64,000 nucleotides of DNA, taken from NCBI GenBank assembly GCA_030606335.1, contig JAUWGP010000009.1, positions 10,363-74,362 of the forward strand, in the 5' to 3' direction. The stretch's first letter is position 1. Each line of letters starts with the position of its first letter. The translations under genes were made by a program, and so were the position numbers. This DNA comes from a candidate division WOR-3 bacterium (lineage in GTDB: Bacteria > Hydrothermota > UBA3073). The notes under the pieces were generated by a model, which saw only the letters and a program-made list of their open reading frames with translations, was not told the origin of the DNA and made no database searches. Below, in pieces: positions 1-8,439 of the stretch.

Positions 1-928
1 TACAGTAAAAAGCATAGATTACAACGAATATCACACCCTCCCACCGCTGCAATCCTTCCCTTGTTCTTCCAAATAGAATAAGAAGTACAGAAAGGAGAAT
101 AAGTATAGGAATAGCAAAGAAATGTGTACTTCTATCTACTGGTAATGGGTGTATAAGTCCTGCAGTTCCAACAACCAGTGTAATATCAAGTACACTTGCT
201 CCCACAATGTTACCAATTGATAACTCTATATGACCTTTTTGTAGGGCAATAATAAAAGTAAAAAGCTCAGGCAGGGACGTCCCGAATGCCACCAGAGAGA
301 GACCGATAACACCCTCTGAAACTCCTAAATGCAATGCCAACTCACTTCCTGATAATACAAGCAAACGACTACCAAGTGTAACCATCAATGCACCCAATAT
401 GAAAAGGAAGACCTCTCGCTTAAGGTTGAACTCACTTTTTTGAATTGCACCATTCTTGCGCCATTCATCCCGTGCCTCTTTTGCCTGTTTAATTGCATAG
501 CTTATATAGAGAAATACAAGGAAGAGAAGGGAAATTGAAATTGGTCTTGTTATTTTACCAAAGAAAGAAAAGAGAAATAGAATCGACACAGATACAAGTA
601 ACATAACCGACTCTCTCTTCAATAACCCCCTTGATACAGGAATAAAGGTGAAGCATACACATGCACCCAGTATTAGTCCAATATTGGCTATGGGAGAACC
701 AACTGCATTTCCAATCGACATCTCAACCTTCCCCACTGCTGCTGCTATTACCGAGACAAAAAACTCTGGTGCAACAGTAGCAACACTTACAAGTGTAGTA
801 CCTATCAGGATTTTGGGTACATGAAAGCCTTCAGCCATTTCGACAGATGCATTAACAAACCAGTCTGCACCCTTGATAACCAATCCAAGTGCAATAAAAA
901 ATAATGCAACTACTAACCATAAAGCCAT
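1..928 (-). CDS. Ca2+/cation antiporter (CaCA/YrbG-like), C-terminus runs off window
   Basis: Minus-strand ORF from ATG at 926-928 stays open to position 1 (not in ORF track because partial). My translation is MALWLVVALFFIALGLVIKGADWFVNASVEMAEGFHVPKILIGTTLVSVATVAPEFFVSV... and later ...VAFGTSLPELF..., i.e. two G(T/S)xxPE alpha-repeat motifs in a polytopic membrane protein. Confidence 0.7.
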   Translation of the reverse strand, partial: MALWLVVALFFIALGLVIKGADWFVNASVEMAEGFHVPKILIGTTLVSVATVAPEFFVSVIAAAVGKVEMSIGNAVGSPIANIGLILGACVCFTFIPVSRGLLKRESVMLLVSVSILFLFSFFGKITRPISISLLFLVFLYISYAIKQAKEARDEWRKNGAIQKSEFNLKREVFLFILGALMVTLGSRLLVLSGSELALHLGVSEGVIGLSLVAFGTSLPELFTFIIALQKGHIELSIGNIVGASVLDITLVVGTAGLIHPLPVDRSTHFFAIPILILLSVLLILFGRTREGLQRWEGVIFVVIYAFYC

Positions 929-985
929 GGCAGAATTATAGCATAAATAGTCATCAAAGTCAAGAAAATTCTGATAGGTTTTTTC

Positions 986-1014
986 CTTGACATTACTGCG
1001 CTTTTATGTTAAAC
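986..1014 (+). promoter_or_regulatory. Sigma70-like promoter TTGACA-N17-TAAACT upstream of the repeat array and nadE
   Basis: TTGACA at 986-991, a 17-nt spacer, TAAACT at 1009-1014. Confidence 0.4.
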
Positions 1015-1064
1015 TATAATACTTAAAAAAGTAAATATTTTTCATTCTTATCTCTGGTATTTTT

Positions 1065-1380
1065 TGTCATTGCGAGTGAATCCACCATCTATCAGGGATT
1101 GTGTATTGTTATTGCAATCTCATTCCTGTCGTCTGTCATTGCGAACGAACGTAGTGAGTGTGGCAATCTCATATGTGACATAATTCAGTAAAATGCGATT
1201 GCTTCGCCTACAGCTCGCAATTACCTAATAGAGTTTCTGTCATTGCGAACGAACGAAGTGAGTGTGGCAATCTCATATTTGGTATAATTCAGTAAAATGC
1301 GATTGCTTCACCTACAGCTCGCAATGACCTAATAGCGTTTCTGTTATTTCGAACGAACGAAGTTAGTGTGGCAATCTCAT
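1065..1380. repeat. Tandem array of about 104-bp structured repeats, 3 full and 1 partial unit (family A)
   Basis: Units start at 1065, 1133, 1237 and 1341. Each unit reads CTGTCATTGCGA-[variable]-GTGGCAATCTCAT, a spacer, then ATGCGATTGCTTCRCCTACAGCTCGCAATGAC. The 10-bp terminal inverted repeat is GTCATTGCGA/TCGCAATGAC, and there is a second dyad, GCAATCTCAT/ATGCGATTGC. The array lies between a sigma70-like promoter (-35 at 986-991) and nadE. Confidence 0.85.
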
Positions 1381-1490
1381 TAATAGTTACCAATCATTCC
1401 AATATGCAATTAATGACTGGTTGAATGCTTAGTATAATTGTATCTCTATTTATATTTGGACACACTAAATTAAAACTGAAAGGCGTATAG

Positions 1491-2399
1491 ATGTTAAAAG
1501 AAGATATTCTTATAGACCCTAAAAATGTCTCTGAAAATATAATAAACTTCATAAAAGATAAACTTTGTTCATTTAAAAGAAACGGTGTAGTTTTGGGAAT
1601 TTCAGGTGGAATCGATTCAGCCTGCATTACAGCATTATTAACATGGACTGTTGATAAGGATAAAATCTTAGGGCTTATTATGCCTGAGAGGGATTCAGAC
1701 GATAGAACTATCGAAGACGCTGAATCTGTAGTAAAGAACTTCGGTATAACCTCTAAATTAATAGACCTCAATTCCATTCTTAAATCTATTGGAATTTATG
1801 ATTCACAACCTGGGAGATTATTATTACATAAAAGCAGTGCCTCGAAATTTATCAATGTTGGCTATCGATTAATTCCAAAAGGGAGTAATCCTTTCTTGGG
1901 TGGACTCCTGGGAACAGAATATACCTGGATGAGACAAGTACATGCATATTACAGGATAAAACACAGGATAAGGATGGTTCATCTCTATTATTATGCTGAA
2001 CAACTAAACTATCTTGTTGTAGGAACTTCGAACAAAAGTGAGGATATGGTTGGTTTTTTTGTAAAATATGGTGATGGAGCTTCTGATATAATGCCCATTG
2101 CTAATTTATACAAAACGCAGGTTATTGAACTGTCAAAATACCTTGGAGTTCCTGAGAACATAATCCAAAAACCTCCTTCTCCTGATATGATTCCTGGAAT
2201 TACAGACGAACTTGCATTAAAAATTAGCTATAAAACACTGGACCTCATTCTCCTTGGAATTGCAAAAGATATGAAAGAGAGTGAAATTGCAAAAGAGGCA
2301 GGAACAAATATCAAGATGGTGCGTTACGTTAAAAACCTTATAGAATTCTCAGAGCATATGAGAAATCTACCTGAAAGTCCTCAGATTGAAAATGATTAA
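1491..2399 (+). CDS. nadE: NH3-dependent NAD+ synthetase
   Basis: PP-loop motif GISGGIDS near the N-terminus. Length and overall pattern fit NadE. Confidence 0.8.
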   Translation: MLKEDILIDPKNVSENIINFIKDKLCSFKRNGVVLGISGGIDSACITALLTWTVDKDKILGLIMPERDSDDRTIEDAESVVKNFGITSKLIDLNSILKSIGIYDSQPGRLLLHKSSASKFINVGYRLIPKGSNPFLGGLLGTEYTWMRQVHAYYRIKHRIRMVHLYYYAEQLNYLVVGTSNKSEDMVGFFVKYGDGASDIMPIANLYKTQVIELSKYLGVPENIIQKPPSPDMIPGITDELALKISYKTLDLILLGIAKDMKESEIAKEAGTNIKMVRYVKNLIEFSEHMRNLPESPQIEND

Positions 2400-2404
2400 A
2401 GAGA

Positions 2405-2890
2405 TCAACCCTTTTTTTCAATTTTAAAGTATTCGTAAAAATAAGGTGTAACATCATATAAATATGCCACACCATCCTTACCTTTAACCCTTATAAGACC
2501 CCAGTCAAGAAGGACCGATAATGTATGACTGGAATCCACCCCCCGTAATTCTTCTATTTTAATCCTTGTTATTGGAGTCTCTTTAAATATTATTGCAAGT
2601 GTCTCAAGCGCCTGTGGAGATAGTTTTACGACCCTCTTCCCCCTTACTTCCTGTACAAATTCCTCATATTCTGGTCGCGTAACAAGTTGAAAACCATTGT
2701 TCACCCTGATAATGACAAATGCCCTATTCTCATACTCTTTATCCAACTCATCAAGGCATCTCTCTATATCTCTCTTTGTCATACCTGAAATTCTTTTCAA
2801 TCTCTCAATCGATAAAGGAGAGGGTGATGCAAATAGAATTGCCTCTATCTTGCCTTTAGGTTCTATCTTACTCTCAATACTGACCTCCAC
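2405..2890 (-). CDS. scpB: Segregation and condensation protein B
   Basis: Two winged-helix repeats. The motif LSPQALETLAIIFKETPITRIKIEELRGV matches the ScpB signature. Confidence 0.85.
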   Translation of the reverse strand: MEVSIESKIEPKGKIEAILFASPSPLSIERLKRISGMTKRDIERCLDELDKEYENRAFVIIRVNNGFQLVTRPEYEEFVQEVRGKRVVKLSPQALETLAIIFKETPITRIKIEELRGVDSSHTLSVLLDWGLIRVKGKDGVAYLYDVTPYFYEYFKIEKKG

Positions 2891-3605
2891 CCTTTACAAA
2901 GTTTTGGACAATCTTATTATCTGTGGTTTGAACCTCTGTGGGAGTACCATCAAATATAATTTTCCCATCATGGAGCATTGCAATCCTGTCTGCAACATAG
3001 AATGCACTCTCCATATCATGGGTTACAACAATACCTGTTATCCTTAACTTCCTTTTTAAACTCAATATAAGTTCATTTATAGTTCTTGCAGTTATTGGGT
3101 CAAGTGCAGTAGTCGGCTCATCGTATAATATATATATTGGATCAACGGCAAGTGCCCTTGCTATCGCCACTCTTTTCTTCATACCACCTGATAATTCGGA
3201 TATTCTCTTATTTTCTACCCCTTCTAACTCAACTAAAGATAGTTTTTGCCTAACTACCTCTTTTGCCTTATCAACAGTTATTTTCTGATTCTCAGTGAGT
3301 CCAAGTGCCACATTCTCCCAAACTGATAAAAAATCAAGTAATGCAGAGCCTTGAAATACAACACCAATATTCAACCTGAGTTTATATAATTCGCTCTTGG
3401 AAAGCATCTTGACATTCTTTCCATCAACCCATATATCACCCATATCTGGAGTAAGAAGTCCTATGATATGCTTCAGGAGTACACTCTTGCCGCAGCCACT
3501 TCTACCTATAACTGTAACAGTCTCTCCTACCTCAACATTCAGGGTTAATCCCTTAAGTACTTCAAGGTCATTAAAAGACTTATACAGGTTTTCTATCTTT
3601 ATCAT
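2874..3605 (-). CDS. mlaF: ABC transporter ATP-binding protein, MlaF-like
   Basis: Walker A GRSGCGKS and ABC signature LSGGMKKR. Overlaps and follows the MlaE-like permease. Confidence 0.8.
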   Translation of the reverse strand: MIKIENLYKSFNDLEVLKGLTLNVEVGETVTVIGRSGCGKSVLLKHIIGLLTPDMGDIWVDGKNVKMLSKSELYKLRLNIGVVFQGSALLDFLSVWENVALGLTENQKITVDKAKEVVRQKLSLVELEGVENKRISELSGGMKKRVAIARALAVDPIYILYDEPTTALDPITARTINELILSLKRKLRITGIVVTHDMESAFYVADRIAMLHDGKIIFDGTPTEVQTTDNKIVQNFVKGGGQY

Positions 3606-3620
3606 AATATATCCAAATTT

Positions 3621-4373
3621 TTAAAAGACAATCCATGATATAAATAGGTCAAAGAAAAGAATAAGTATAGATGCTGAGACAACTGCCTTAGTTGCTGCCT
3701 TCCCCACACCTTCTGCTCCACCCTCTGTCATAAAACCATAGTATGTACCCATTAATGAAATAACGAATCCAAAACAAAATGCCTTTAATAAACCACCCCA
3801 TAGTTCATGCGGGTAGTACTGCATTCTAAGTCCCTCTATATAAACTATCGGCTTAACATCAAAGATAAAGATAGAACATATTCCTCCTCCAAAGAAAGCA
3901 ATGAATAGCGACAACCCTGTCAGAAGTGGAAGTACAATAATACCCGCTATAAACCTTGGCATGGCAAGATACCTTATTGGATCTATAGCAAGACTTTCAA
4001 GGGCATCTATCTGCTCAGTAACCCTCATTGTCCCTATCTCAGCAGCAAGAGATGAACTTACTCTACCTGCTACTATCAGACCTGTTAGAAGTGGAGCGAG
4101 TTCAATCATAAATGCCTTTGCTACTGCCATACCAAGATATGCATCGGGCATATAATCACCAGCCTGAAATGATGCCTGATACGCAGTAACCATACCTGCA
4201 AAGAAAGATGTAAAAATTACTATGGGCATCGAACCGATTCCCATATGTACTATTTGCTCTAATATAAGCCTAAAAGAGCGAGGAAGGTAGTATAGTTTCA
4301 CTATTATTGCCCACAGGAATATACAAACCCTCCCTATATAGCCAAAAAATGATTCTATAAAACCCTTATTCAT
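3621..4373 (-). CDS. mlaE: ABC transporter permease, MlaE-like
   Basis: Polytopic 250-aa permease with MlaE/TTG2B-like conserved core, placed immediately upstream of the MlaF-like ATPase. Confidence 0.75.
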   Translation of the reverse strand: MNKGFIESFFGYIGRVCIFLWAIIVKLYYLPRSFRLILEQIVHMGIGSMPIVIFTSFFAGMVTAYQASFQAGDYMPDAYLGMAVAKAFMIELAPLLTGLIVAGRVSSSLAAEIGTMRVTEQIDALESLAIDPIRYLAMPRFIAGIIVLPLLTGLSLFIAFFGGGICSIFIFDVKPIVYIEGLRMQYYPHELWGGLLKAFCFGFVISLMGTYYGFMTEGGAEGVGKAATKAVVSASILILFFDLFISWIVF

Positions 4374-4379
4374 AGTATA

Positions 4380-4935
4380 AAAAAATACCTATTACTAATA
4401 GAGTCATTAAGTAATTGAGTTTATTGAGTTTATTGGGTTTGTTGAGTTTGTTGTGTTTGTTTAGTTGATTTTGTTATTATATCTAATAACTAATAACCAT
4501 TAACCATTAACTAATAACATCTAACACTCAAAATTCAACCATTCAACTAATTAACATTAACCATTTGCCTTTTTCCATTTACCATTTAACACTTCTCCTA
4601 TCGCGACTAGGAAGTCGCTCCTACCTTGTCCGTTTCACCGTCTATCGCCTTACGCTTTACGCCCTACGCTATTCTATCATCTTCTATCGCGACTAGGAAG
4701 TTGCTCCTACTTTTAATTTACTATTTTCGATTGTCGATTTACGATTGCATTCCAATTTGTGTTCCTCAATAGTCAATTGTAAATAGTCAATATTCAATTA
4801 TTACTATTCCTCTCTCTTCCCCACAATTCTAAATTGCTAATTGCTAATTTTATATTGATAATTGATTCTCCTCTTCTCTCTTCTCCGTTTCACCGTTTCT
4901 CCCTTTCACCTTGGTTTGTTGTTGTTTCCTGTTGA
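4380..4935. repeat. ORF-free low-complexity composite element made of word repeats with embedded covarying hairpins (family D)
   Basis: Word repeats include (GAGTTTATTG)n, CCATTAAC words, ACGCTTTACGC, CTAATTGCTAATT and CCGTTTCACCGTTTC. Two copies of TATCGC-GACT-AGGA-AGTC-GCTCCTAC sit at 4599-4624 and 4685-4710. An inverted, diverged counterpart lies at about 42470-42960. Confidence 0.8.
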
Positions 4936-6279
4936 TCACTCCTCCGCCATATAGGACTTTGAAGCCGAGTATTCTTCAAACTTAGTATAATCCTTTAAAA
5001 ACGTTAGATTGATACTACCTCCGGACGGACCATTCCTCTGCTTTCCCATAATTATCTCAATCACATTCTCCATACCCTCTTCCTCTCCCTTTCCTGTATC
5101 GTGTTTATGTAGGAATATTACTACATCTGCATCTTGCTCTATGGCACCCGATTCTCTCAGGTCGGAGAGTATGGGTCTTCTTGATTCCCTCTTCTCTACT
5201 GCCCTCGACAACTGGGAAGCTGCTATAACGGGTATACCCAACTCCTTTGCAAGACCTTTCAGGGACCTTGATATCGCCGAAATTTCCTGCTGTCTGTTTT
5301 CAACAGACCTTGGTCCCTGTATTAACTGAAGATAATCCACAATAATTAACTTCACACCATACTGAGACCTAAGTCTCCTCGCCTTTGCCCTCAATTCAAG
5401 AACGTGTATTCCAGGTGTATCATCGATGAATATAGGTGCCTCGGATAGTGTGCCAGCTGCAATTGTAAGTTTGGACCATCCATCTCTTGAAATATAGCCT
5501 GTTCTTACATTTCGGAGTGGAACCCTTGACTCAGTACAGAGCATGCGATGAACAAGTTGTTCCTTTGACATTTCCAGGCTGAAGAAACCAATCGGATTAT
5601 CCTCTCTTGCAGCTGCATACTGTGCTATATTTAAACAAAAGGATGTCTTGCCAGAGGCAGGTCTACCTGCAATAACTATAAATTCAGAGGGTTGAAAACC
5701 CGTTGTGAGTCGGTCAAGATCAGCCCATCCTGATGGTATACCAGTTACGTAACGCTTATTCGCAGATGCCTTTTCTATTGCCTCAAAGGTCTCCTTAAGA
5801 AGACCCTTAATAGACACGAATCCTGTCTTTACCCTTGCCTCTTTTATATTAAAGATGAGCTGCTCTGCTCTATCTAAAAGTTCATCAACGTCTTCTGTAG
5901 CCTCGTATCCAACTTCAACAATCTTACTCGCTGTTTTTATCAACCTTCTCAATGTTGCTTTTTCGAAGACAATTTTTACATACTCTTCAATATGGGCTGG
6001 TGTAGCGCTGGCATCTAAAAGCTCTGTTATATAAGCTGCACCTCCTACCTTATCAAGGTCTTTTCTATTTTTTAACTCTTCACTAAGAGTAAGAAGGTCG
6101 ACTGATTTATTTTTGTCATATAATGAAACAATGCAACTATATATCTTTCTATGGGATTCCAGATAGAAACAGGATTCGTCTATCATCTCTATGGTTCTAC
6201 CGATAGCATCCCGCTCAAGTATCATAGCAGCAAGCACACTCTGTTCTGCTTCTATGGATTGTGGTTCTTTCCTTTCCAT
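4936..6279 (-). CDS. dnaB: Replicative DNA helicase
   Basis: DnaB N-terminal domain (SIEAEQSVLAAMIL), a RecA-like domain with Walker A GRPASGKTSF, about 447 aa. Confidence 0.95.
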   Translation of the reverse strand: MERKEPQSIEAEQSVLAAMILERDAIGRTIEMIDESCFYLESHRKIYSCIVSLYDKNKSVDLLTLSEELKNRKDLDKVGGAAYITELLDASATPAHIEEYVKIVFEKATLRRLIKTASKIVEVGYEATEDVDELLDRAEQLIFNIKEARVKTGFVSIKGLLKETFEAIEKASANKRYVTGIPSGWADLDRLTTGFQPSEFIVIAGRPASGKTSFCLNIAQYAAAREDNPIGFFSLEMSKEQLVHRMLCTESRVPLRNVRTGYISRDGWSKLTIAAGTLSEAPIFIDDTPGIHVLELRAKARRLRSQYGVKLIIVDYLQLIQGPRSVENRQQEISAISRSLKGLAKELGIPVIAASQLSRAVEKRESRRPILSDLRESGAIEQDADVVIFLHKHDTGKGEEEGMENVIEIIMGKQRNGPSGGSINLTFLKDYTKFEEYSASKSYMAEE

Positions 6280-6297
6280 ATATACCTCTTTAATTTG

Positions 6298-6390
6298 GAC
6301 GCAGATTCACCCTGTTAAATAAAACTATTTTAATTGTAGAACCCTGATGTTTATTTCTATATTATTTAACAGGGTTAACGCAGATTAACA
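6298..6390. repeat. Palindromic element, family B copy (CGCAGATTCAC-CCTGTTAAATAA ... TTATTTAACAGGG-TTAACGCAGATT)
   Basis: A 13-bp AT-rich stem CCCTGTTAAATAA/TTATTTAACAGGG with about a 40-nt loop, flanked by the direct repeat GCAGATT. It lies in the dnaB 5' region. Confidence 0.8.
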
Positions 6391-6592
6391 CGATTTTTTC
6401 TTTTTATTTCATTTTTATTCTTAAATCTTTCAATTTCTAAATTGAAAGAAATATTGCAAAATATGCCCTTTTATCTTCATTCTAATTTAACGAAGATTCT
6501 ATTTATATTATTTAACTACATACAAAATTTTAGAATGAGATGTATAAGGCTTTTTTTTATAAATGAAATTTACTGTATCAAACTCTCCCTGT

Positions 6593-7309
6593 TTATTTTA
6601 AAAAGAACTCTGTAGATACTTTCACTTTTTCTATCGATTTTAAATACATTTGCTCTACTTGGTCGTATGATTTGAATACACATCTATCTTTGATCTCACT
6701 GAATACTGGACGAGAAAGTTCATATCTATATTTATCTTCGTTTTCAGGATATGCAACTATATAGAAAAGAGTAGAGAAATCACATAATTCAGTGAATTTA
6801 AGTAACGAATTCTTAAATTGAGGTGTATGCTCGACTTCAAAAGTATATTTTGGGAAATGCCTTTCATTAAACCATAATACATCTATACGTTCTATTCTTC
6901 TAATTATTGTTTCGTAAGTAAAAGAGGGACACATTTCTAAGGTCATTAAGTTAGATAAAGTTTTATTCTCGAAGATAGCTCGTTTATCCCAAGAATAAGT
7001 ATCATAGCCTTCCGCATTTCCAATCTCTATTAACATACCCTGAATAGCAGTATGTTTATTATCTTCCTTTTGAGATGATGTTTTTGGAGTTGGTGTTTTA
7101 GGTAGTTTATCAAGATATTCGGTTAATGCATAGGTTCCTAAACCTATTTTTATAAACTTTGGGTTCCTTTGGACTATCGCTTGAATTGTATTAAACGGTG
7201 TTTTGCCAGTGAGTAGACGATATTTCACAATTTCCTTATAAATTTTCTTTAAGGGTGAAAAATATCCATTGTCTAACAATACCTTTTCAATTGCTTCAGA
7301 ATATGTCAT
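6593..7309 (-). CDS. Hypothetical protein with N-terminal HARE-HTH-like winged helix and C-terminal restriction-endonuclease-like region
   Basis: The N-terminus (SEAIEKVLLDNGYF...TPFNTIQAIVQRNPKFIKIGLGTYAL) fits the HARE-HTH pattern. The C-terminal IDVLWFNER...YTFEVEHT resembles a PD-(D/E)xK-type core. This assignment is tentative. Confidence 0.4.
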   Translation of the reverse strand: MTYSEAIEKVLLDNGYFSPLKKIYKEIVKYRLLTGKTPFNTIQAIVQRNPKFIKIGLGTYALTEYLDKLPKTPTPKTSSQKEDNKHTAIQGMLIEIGNAEGYDTYSWDKRAIFENKTLSNLMTLEMCPSFTYETIIRRIERIDVLWFNERHFPKYTFEVEHTPQFKNSLLKFTELCDFSTLFYIVAYPENEDKYRYELSRPVFSEIKDRCVFKSYDQVEQMYLKSIEKVKVSTEFFLK

Positions 7310-7343
7310 TACTTTGTCAGATATTAACTACTAATTCCCTCTA

Positions 7344-7586
7344 TTAATAACAATCGCTTATTATTCTTTTTATTACCTCGTCATCATTAAAATTAATATA
7401 GTCAAAACTACCAAGCAAATCTCCATCGGATGTGAAGATATCAACACCTTCGATATTCCCTAACATCACCTCGAAACTTTCACCGGTTTTGGCATCTACT
7501 TTCTCTTTTCTCACATCAGGATCAAAAAAATATCTTACTCTAAATTTTTCTCCCAAGTATTTAATAATTTTTTCCATATTATTCAA
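7344..7586 (-). CDS. Hypothetical 80-aa protein
   Basis: ORF 34 bp upstream of the HARE-HTH gene on the same strand. No recognisable motif. Confidence 0.4.
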   Translation of the reverse strand: MNNMEKIIKYLGEKFRVRYFFDPDVRKEKVDAKTGESFEVMLGNIEGVDIFTSDGDLLGSFDYINFNDDEVIKRIISDCY

Positions 7587-7674
7587 ACAAATGCTCTTTT
7601 TAGAGACTTTCTTTTTTGATGTTTTTTTGATGACAACTTAATCAACTCTTATCTCATTTAACATTTCAATTGTT

Positions 7675-7700
7675 TATCGCAACCAGGAGGTTGCTCCTAC
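7675..7700. repeat. Covarying hairpin motif TATCGC-AACC-AGGA-GGTT-GCTCCTAC, third copy of the motif at 4599 and 4685
   Basis: Same flanks TATCGC...GCTCCTAC and same AGGA loop as the other two copies. The stem bases changed in a compensatory way (GACT/AGTC versus AACC/GGTT). Confidence 0.7.
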
Positions 7701-7764
7701 CTGCTGATAACTTAATATCTGTTCCTATCTGCGGCAATCTGCGTCCAATTTTACGTTTTTTGCC

Positions 7765-8439
7765 TTATTTATCTGCGGCAATCTGCGTATACAGTCTTCG
7801 TAAAAACTTCAGGTCTTCCCATGAACCTTTTTTCCATTCCTGATGGTAAATAAGGGCAGCAGGATGATATGTGGGGATTACTTTTATACCTTCATAATAA
7901 AGAACATTTCCTCTTATCTGTGAAAGAGTACCCTCGTATCCCGTTAACAGTCTTAATGAATGTCTTCCAAGAGCTAATATAATTTGGGGAGCGATAAGCT
8001 CAATCTGCTTCTCCAGATAAACTTTACATGCATCCACTTCCTCAGGTTTAGGGTCTCTATTCTCTGGAGGCCTACATTTTAGAACATTGGCTATATATAT
8101 CTCTTCTCTGGTAAGGTCTATTGCCTTAAGCATTTTGGTAAGCAACTGTCCAGCTTTACCAACAAATGGCTCTCCTACTTCATCTTCTTTATATCCAGGA
8201 GCCTCACCAATGAGCATAATTATGGCTCTATCATTCCCCTTTCCGAAGACTACATTTTTTCTTGTTCTATGGAGTACACATTTCCTACATTTCTTACATT
8301 CGTGTTCAAGCTGCCTGAGTTTATCGCCCATGTCAATACTCTGTACATCATCGTGTCTATCAAAATAAAGAAACCCCTCACCTGACTTTTCCATCTCTTT
8401 GAGATAGTCAACGACAAGCTGTTTTATCTCTTTTTCCAT
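7765..8439 (-). CDS. udg: Uracil-DNA glycosylase, family 4
   Basis: Motif GEAPGYKEDEVGEPFVGKAGQLL and an N-terminal Cys cluster (CKKCRKC) fit a family-4 4Fe-4S UDG. Confidence 0.8.
   Translation of the reverse strand: MEKEIKQLVVDYLKEMEKSGEGFLYFDRHDDVQSIDMGDKLRQLEHECKKCRKCVLHRTRKNVVFGKGNDRAIIMLIGEAPGYKEDEVGEPFVGKAGQLLTKMLKAIDLTREEIYIANVLKCRPPENRDPKPEEVDACKVYLEKQIELIAPQIILALGRHSLRLLTGYEGTLSQIRGNVLYYEGIKVIPTYHPAALIYHQEWKKGSWEDLKFLRRLYTQIAADK

Noticed and set aside
1065-1380. Possible CRISPR array (regular about 104-bp periodicity)
   Set aside because: The 'spacers' between conserved cores are themselves near-identical between units. No cas genes are present. The unit is an internally palindromic tandem repeat, not repeat plus unique spacer.
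7727-7788. Two copies of ATCTGCGGCAATCTGCGT 26 bp apart, a possible mini-CRISPR
   Set aside because: Only two copies, 18 bp long. They are related to the CGCAGATT flank of the family B palindromes.
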